Shown in pieces: positions 34,028 through 39,088 of a DNA stretch of 39,088 bases. Source of the stretch: a virus (lineage: Duplodnaviria; Caudoviricetes); IMG/VR virus record IMGVR_UViG_3300033146_000459, positions 1 through 39,088 of that record; one strand, 5' to 3'. The position numbers were made by a program, and so were the translations under genes. Each line of letters begins with the position of its first letter. Position 1 is the stretch's first letter. The notes beneath the pieces were generated by a model that made no database searches, was not told where the DNA came from, and saw only the letters and a list, made by a program, of their open reading frames with translations.

Positions 34028-36121
34028 ATGGCTAAAAACTATTATAAAGATAAGAAGATACAGAAGAAGGCGATCGAGGTCGCTAGGGATTTTTATACTA
34101 ATTGGGAAAAAAATATAGGAGGATCTAATCAATATTCTCTTTTAAATAAATGGGAAAGCATAAATAAGATGGCTTGGGTGTTCAAAATGATGAACGCTGA
34201 AGAGAAAGATAATAAGACTTTATTCAATATATGTTTCGAGCTTATTCAAACTGGAATAAGTAATTTGTACAATAATTCACCATATTTCAAGTTATTTGCT
34301 AAAGGTGATGAAGATGAGAAGAAAGTAGAACAAGCTAAGAATTATCTCGAAGCTCAATGGAGAGAGCAAGACACTGATTTAGTTATGGAAGATTCTATTT
34401 CTAACTGTTTAACCTTTGGTACACATCAAATAATGCTAGGTACAGACTTAGTTAAAAAGAGTAAGAGTAAGAAAACAGAGGATGGTAAATATGAACTAGA
34501 GACATATACAGCTAGAGACACCGCGGGAATTAAACACATACCATTATGGGATTGGTTAATTGACTCTAAAGAGAAAGATATTCAGAACGCTCCAGGAGTC
34601 GGATACAAAGAAGAGAACGTGCTTGTATCTGATTTAGATGCTAGAGGGTTCTATTTTAATTTGGATAAACTATTTACAAATAAAGAAGGAGGGGATAACA
34701 ATGTTGGTCCGTCTGATACTCGTTCAGAAGATAAAGATGGTACTCAAAAAGTAAGAAATACAAAACTACCTATTGTTCCAATGGTAATTCACTTCTATGG
34801 TTTAATGATTCTAGAGGAAGGAGAACCGCCAGTAGAAGTTATTATTTCAATAGCAGGGACTAGAGACAAATATGAACTTATTAGATTTGAAGAGAATTTC
34901 TACCAAGATGAAAATGGAAATCCTTTTAGACCGTTTATTGATCTACATGATATGAGACGTAAAGATCAGTATTATTCAGTTGGGGAAGTTGAAACAGTTA
35001 TGGGATTAGAAGCTGTATTTAATACATTTATACGTCAAAGAATAGATTCAGTGAAGAAAGCTATTAAAAATAAAGTATTCGCACAAGAGAACTCAATTAT
35101 AAACGAAGAAGATTATTACAATACAAGTGATAATCAAATAGTGTATACAAAAGCAGGATCTCAACCACCTACACCAGTTCCTTATGATGATGTGACTCAA
35201 GGAGTATTTAATGATCTTGGATTTATACGCGATGAGATTAATAAAATATCAGGTAAACAAGATATTGGTAAAGTGACGAGTTCAACACCAGCAACGAATG
35301 CTTTAATAGCACAGGAAGCTGAAAACAAACGATACGGGACTAAACGAAAGAATCTTGATAGATTCGTCAAGAAGTATATTAAGATGCGTTTAAACCTTAA
35401 TAATCAATTCTTAACAAAGAAACAAAAGATCCGAATGAATAATGGATCAGTAGATATTGAAGCTAAACCTATAAATAATGTAGATGTAGTTATAGAGGTT
35501 GGTTCAATGCAAGCTCCTAATTCAGCACAAGAGCAACAAAAAGCTCAAATGTTGTTAAACATAGCTATGCAATTTGGGCAAACAGATGTAATGCAACTAC
35601 CACCTATTGTACGTTTTGCTTTGATTAATCAACTTAAAGCTTTAGGTTTTTCAGATGTAAATGATATTCTAGGAATAGAAGATGAGGAACAAATAGAGCA
35701 AGATCAAGAAAATGCAATGGCACAAGAAGCTAAGATGCGTGAAGCTCAATTGATAGATGCTGAAAACGAGGGATTGTTAAAAGGAGAGAACCCACCTGTT
35801 ACAGCTAACCAAGATCAGAAAGAGCATATGGATAAACATACAGATTTTAAGAATATGAAAGAAATGAGAGGAACATGGGGAGAAGAATCAAATAAAGCAT
35901 ATACAGATCATTTACTAGATCATCAACAATATTATGAGCAACAAAATCCACAAACAAACTACCGAAGACAATATCAAGAGGCTCAGGCACGAGAAGAAAA
36001 CAGCAGCAAGAGAGTTAGCAAAGGAGCTAATGAACAACAAATGCTTCCTACAAGTGCTAGACAAGGCGAAGGAGTTGAATCAGAGGCTACAGCACAGGTC
36101 CAGAGTGGAACAAGATTTTAA
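34028..36121 (+). CDS. Portal protein (P22-like)
   Basis: 697 aa after terL; RPFIDL...YYSVGEVE, ISG, ATNA motifs; Q-rich C-terminal barrel. Confidence 0.85.
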   Translation: MAKNYYKDKKIQKKAIEVARDFYTNWEKNIGGSNQYSLLNKWESINKMAWVFKMMNAEEKDNKTLFNICFELIQTGISNLYNNSPYFKLFAKGDEDEKKVEQAKNYLEAQWREQDTDLVMEDSISNCLTFGTHQIMLGTDLVKKSKSKKTEDGKYELETYTARDTAGIKHIPLWDWLIDSKEKDIQNAPGVGYKEENVLVSDLDARGFYFNLDKLFTNKEGGDNNVGPSDTRSEDKDGTQKVRNTKLPIVPMVIHFYGLMILEEGEPPVEVIISIAGTRDKYELIRFEENFYQDENGNPFRPFIDLHDMRRKDQYYSVGEVETVMGLEAVFNTFIRQRIDSVKKAIKNKVFAQENSIINEEDYYNTSDNQIVYTKAGSQPPTPVPYDDVTQGVFNDLGFIRDEINKISGKQDIGKVTSSTPATNALIAQEAENKRYGTKRKNLDRFVKKYIKMRLNLNNQFLTKKQKIRMNNGSVDIEAKPINNVDVVIEVGSMQAPNSAQEQQKAQMLLNIAMQFGQTDVMQLPPIVRFALINQLKALGFSDVNDILGIEDEEQIEQDQENAMAQEAKMREAQLIDAENEGLLKGENPPVTANQDQKEHMDKHTDFKNMKEMRGTWGEESNKAYTDHLLDHQQYYEQQNPQTNYRRQYQEAQAREENSSKRVSKGANEQQMLPTSARQGEGVESEATAQVQSGTRF

Positions 36122-36209
36122 CTTAGATCACTATCAAGGATTTTGTATGTTATACGATTATACCTTCGGAGAGATAATGAAAGATTATGAAGAGAGTAAG
36201 CAAATTTAA
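35934..36209 (+). CDS. Small protein overlapping the portal 3' end
   Basis: Helical sequence that fills the portal-scaffold gap; start uncertain (35934 or 36030). Confidence 0.5.
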   Translation: MSNKIHKQTTEDNIKRLRHEKKTAARELAKELMNNKCFLQVLDKAKELNQRLQHRSRVEQDFNLDHYQGFCMLYDYTFGEIMKDYEESKQI

Positions 36210-36235
36210 AATATATTCTTTAACAATTAGGAAGT

Positions 36236-36907
36236 ATGGACACTCTAAATGAAAACACCCAAAACGAGGATACTCGTGATGGACACGTCAGTAATGACAG
36301 AATCCAAACAGAGAACGACAACTCTGAGAGAAACGATTCTACTAACGATGACAATTCTACTGAGGATACTCAAGAATTATCACCAGTCGCACAATTCATG
36401 GCTGAGAACAATCTTGAAAGCGAGGCTGATCTAGTCAAGAAGCTTAAAAACCAGGATAAAAAGATTACCCAGCAAGGGCAGCAGTTATCACAGTTTAAGC
36501 AAGTAAAAGACAATCTAAGCAGTTTGCAAGATGATCCTGATACATCAGATGCTGCAATGAAGTTAGGAGAAGCAATGAAGCCAGTAACGGAGCTACAGGA
36601 TAAAGTAGCTGCAAAGGCAAAAGATGAAGCGGACTATCAGAAACTTATGCAAGATAATAAAGTACCGCCAGCGTTGGCTAAAATAGTCAAAGCAGAAGGT
36701 AAATATTCTAATCTTAAATGGGAAATCATATTAGAAAAAGAAAAAGCAAAGTATGATATTCTAATTGGTAAGCAAGAAGAAGAGAACGCTTTACGGGCAG
36801 GGACAGGAGGACATTCCACAGGTAATAAGATGGGATCGAAACCTAGAACTGATCAGGAAAAAATGGAGAAAAGATTAAGTGGAAATTTACCACCACGCTT
36901 CAAATAA
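36236..36907 (+). CDS. Capsid scaffolding protein
   Basis: Acidic disordered N-terminus, coiled coil (KKITQQGQQLSQFK), position. Confidence 0.75.
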   Translation: MDTLNENTQNEDTRDGHVSNDRIQTENDNSERNDSTNDDNSTEDTQELSPVAQFMAENNLESEADLVKKLKNQDKKITQQGQQLSQFKQVKDNLSSLQDDPDTSDAAMKLGEAMKPVTELQDKVAAKAKDEADYQKLMQDNKVPPALAKIVKAEGKYSNLKWEIILEKEKAKYDILIGKQEEENALRAGTGGHSTGNKMGSKPRTDQEKMEKRLSGNLPPRFK

Positions 36908-36942
36908 ACGGTATATATTTATTTAATAGTTAATACAATCTT

Positions 36943-37347
36943 ATGGATTTCAAAATCAAAGATGGTGAGCAAGTTAGAACAACTTTAGCGACTATAGCTT
37001 CTGCAACAGTAATTGAAGCAGGTGATCTAGTCACTTTGGCTTCTGGTTTGATCGTAAAAGCAGTTGCAGCTTCTGCAGCAGTGGCTTACGCACCAAATGG
37101 TTCAGCTGATGGGGAAACAGAAATAGTTGTTACAGTAGGTAATGACTTCACTCTAGTAGGAACAGCAGATGCAAATTTCGTTGTAACTCAAAAAGGAACA
37201 GAAGTAGATCTAGTAGGTACTACAACTCAATTGATTGATGTTGGTGCTTCATCTACAAACGTTCTAAAAGTAGGAATTGGATCAGATGCGGGTACAGTAG
37301 GTGCAGCAACTAATGTAACAGTTAAGATCAATCTTCCTTTATTCTAA
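36943..37347 (+). CDS. Capsid decoration/cement protein
   Basis: IEAGDLVTLASG; Ala/Thr/Val-rich beta protein immediately before the capsid gene. Confidence 0.65.
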   Translation: MDFKIKDGEQVRTTLATIASATVIEAGDLVTLASGLIVKAVAASAAVAYAPNGSADGETEIVVTVGNDFTLVGTADANFVVTQKGTEVDLVGTTTQLIDVGASSTNVLKVGIGSDAGTVGAATNVTVKINLPLF

Positions 37348-37363
37348 ATCTTAGAATTGAGTA

Positions 37364-37399
37364 AGAGTCATTATCCTGGAAAGACTTTAAAAATTAGGA
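37364..37399 (+). other. Predicted H-type pseudoknot in the capsid gene leader
   Basis: Stem 1 AGAGTC/GACTTT; stem 2 TCCTGG/TTAGGA. Confidence 0.5.
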
Positions 37400-37426
37400 A
37401 TTAATTTATTTATTTAAGACAATCTT

Positions 37427-38353
37427 ATGACAACACAAGATTATGCTATACAAGCCAGCAAGGGTATTAAAAAATCCTTTGAAAATGGTTTAGCAAATGG
37501 TTTAGCTCCATATATGGATAATGGAATCATTGATTTCCATACAACTTCAGAATGGAACGAGATCTTCACTTCTACTGAAGGTTTAACTGGTACAAAACAG
37601 TTAGCTGAATTAGAAACTCCACCTACCAATGCTTTAGAAGATGGATACGAAGTAATTCTTTCACCTGAAAGATTTGGTAATTCAATCATTGTTTCAGAGA
37701 CAATGCAACTTCAAGCTAAGGATAATACAACTAAAATTGATTTATTCTTACAAAGACAAAGAAATGCTTTATTGTTAGACGTAACTCACACTCTTTTAAA
37801 CAGTGCATTTTACATGCTTAATAATGCTTTCAATTCTTCAGCTCTAACTTTAGCTCCTGATGGAGTAGAGTTATGTGGAGCACATACTTATGCGAGTGGA
37901 GGAACATTCGATAATGGAGTTACAGCGGCGCTAGATAGTGGAGCAGTTGACGCAGCTCAAGAATACGCAGGTGCATTTACTTCACCAAGTGGAAAACCAA
38001 TGCCTTTAAACCTTGATACAATCATCGTTAAGAAAGGATCAGATGCTGAAAGAACAGCGGTTAAATTATTTGCTTCTAATATAAGCCCAACAGCTATTGG
38101 AGATATCAACCTTTACGAAGGAATGTATAAAATCCTAGCTACTCCTTATATTACTTCAACTAATAAGAATTACTGGTTTATGAGAGATTCAAGCAAACTT
38201 AATTCTATGGTACTAGGTATTAACAAAATGCCAAGTCTTGGAACACCACAAGTTGAAAAGAACCTTTCAGTTTATACTCCAGTTACTGGATTCTGGAAAA
38301 GAGGTATTAATAATATGCCTACAGATATTTATGGATCAAACGGAACTACTTAG
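37427..38353 (+). CDS. Major capsid protein (HK97 fold, Mu gpT-like)
   Basis: 308 aa; DGVELCGAH, G.PM, IN.Y, PYITS...WFM, terminal YGSNG. Confidence 0.85.
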   Translation: MTTQDYAIQASKGIKKSFENGLANGLAPYMDNGIIDFHTTSEWNEIFTSTEGLTGTKQLAELETPPTNALEDGYEVILSPERFGNSIIVSETMQLQAKDNTTKIDLFLQRQRNALLLDVTHTLLNSAFYMLNNAFNSSALTLAPDGVELCGAHTYASGGTFDNGVTAALDSGAVDAAQEYAGAFTSPSGKPMPLNLDTIIVKKGSDAERTAVKLFASNISPTAIGDINLYEGMYKILATPYITSTNKNYWFMRDSSKLNSMVLGINKMPSLGTPQVEKNLSVYTPVTGFWKRGINNMPTDIYGSNGTT

Positions 38354-38380
38354 TAGGACCATTTCGTTTACATTTAGTCA

Positions 38381-38404
38381 TACTGCTTTCTACGGAAGGC
38401 AGTA
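38381..38404 (+). terminator. Stable hairpin after the capsid gene (cUACGg tetraloop)
   Basis: TACTGCTTTC-TACG-GAAGGCAGTA; lacks a U tract. Confidence 0.65.
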
Positions 38405-38432
38405 GAGTGAATATAAATAATAACAATCCAAT

Positions 38433-38723
38433 ATGGGAATGAAATTCAAATATGAAGGTAGGTGGGTGAATGCAGATCAACTTAGAGCGTTACGTGATAA
38501 AAAATCAGTAAAAATCAAAGTCGAAGCTCCTAAAACAGAAAAAACAGTAAAAAAGTTAGTAGAGACTAAAATTAGAGCTCCTAAAAAAGAAAAGATGATA
38601 GAAACATCAACTAAGAGTATAGAAGAGCTTAGAACAGCATACGAAATTAAATTCGGTAAACCAATAGCTAATTCATACAAGAATAGAGCAGAATGGATTC
38701 AATCAAAATTAAATAACAAATAA
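38433..38723 (+). CDS. Lys-rich hypothetical protein with a small C-terminal helical domain
   Basis: EELRTAYEIKFGK...WIQSKL motif, common downstream of capsid genes. Confidence 0.65.
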   Translation: MGMKFKYEGRWVNADQLRALRDKKSVKIKVEAPKTEKTVKKLVETKIRAPKKEKMIETSTKSIEELRTAYEIKFGKPIANSYKNRAEWIQSKLNNK

Positions 38724-38726
38724 ATC

Positions 38727-38996
38727 ATGGTAGAAGCAATAGCAAACCAAACAGGAGAAAGTTTAAGTCTTATACCTGGAAGATTAGAAGCTCTAGATGT
38801 TTCTAGTGCGGATTCGACTAGTTACAAGAACGGAATGAGTGTTAGAGTAGGAACAGGTGGAGATGTAAACGTAGTTGATCTACATGATAACACAGTTCTA
38901 ATTCCAAATGTACAAGATGGAGAAACTTTACCTTTTTTAGTAAGTCAAGTATTAACAGCTGATACAACAGCAACAGGAATGGTAGCAGGAAGATAA
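38727..38996 (+). CDS. Small virion protein (spike-base-like)
   Basis: VRVGTGGDVNV...G.TLPF.V.QV..TTAT..VA motif. Confidence 0.65.
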   Translation: MVEAIANQTGESLSLIPGRLEALDVSSADSTSYKNGMSVRVGTGGDVNVVDLHDNTVLIPNVQDGETLPFLVSQVLTADTTATGMVAGR

Positions 38997-39017
38997 TAAA
39001 AACAATAATTTAATTAT

Positions 39018-39088
39018 ATGTCAGTAGCAATAGGAACATCATCAGCAATACCGTTCAGGAAAAGAATGGGTTTACCCATCCCCAATAA
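39018..39088 (+). CDS. Partial gene (MSVAIGTSSAIPFRKR...), truncated by the window end
   Basis: Open frame to the end of the window. Confidence 0.5.
   Translation, partial: MSVAIGTSSAIPFRKRMGLPIPN

Noticed and set aside
2277-37689. Minus-strand ORFs in the six-frame track (e.g. 22163..22579, 24314..24685, 15469..15756)
   Set aside because: They lie antisense to convincing + strand genes, show the Phe/Ser/Leu/Ile bias of shadow ORFs and have no motifs
1-39088. Alternative genetic code (TGA or TAG recoding)
   Set aside because: Long genes are intact under the standard code and coding density is high; rare TGA/TAG stops fit the AT bias

Overview
This 39-kb, AT-rich window is most of a tailed dsDNA phage genome with podovirus-like architecture, and every credible gene lies on the + strand. 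Left to right: small membrane/holin-like genes; tail adaptor, nozzle and fibre genes; three putative ejection proteins, including a 2412-aa polyvalent protein with zincin, ADP-ribosyltransferase-like and ParB-like modules; a C39+M23 endolysin; a replication initiator with an internal ori candidate; holin-like genes; RecT/YqaJ, NinB, RusA and HNH genes; a nucleotide-modification cluster (dUTPase, SAM methyltransferase, DUF6378-like, dCMP-type thymidylate synthase homologue); then terminases, FmdB- and Com-like zinc fingers, portal, scaffold, decoration protein and major capsid. Both ends probably fall inside genes. I saw no integrase, DNA polymerase, tRNA or CRISPR array. The most notable signals are: (1) a ~45-nt minus-strand RNA with its own promoter and terminator, complementary to the 5' leaders of three related TTTACT-N17-TATAAT promoters; (2) a cytosine-type modification cluster with an extra methyltransferase but no phage polymerase; (3) an effector-domain block in the giant virion protein bracketed by an 18-bp direct repeat; (4) two similar predicted pseudoknots upstream of recT and the capsid gene. 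All family calls come from motif recognition by eye, not database searches.
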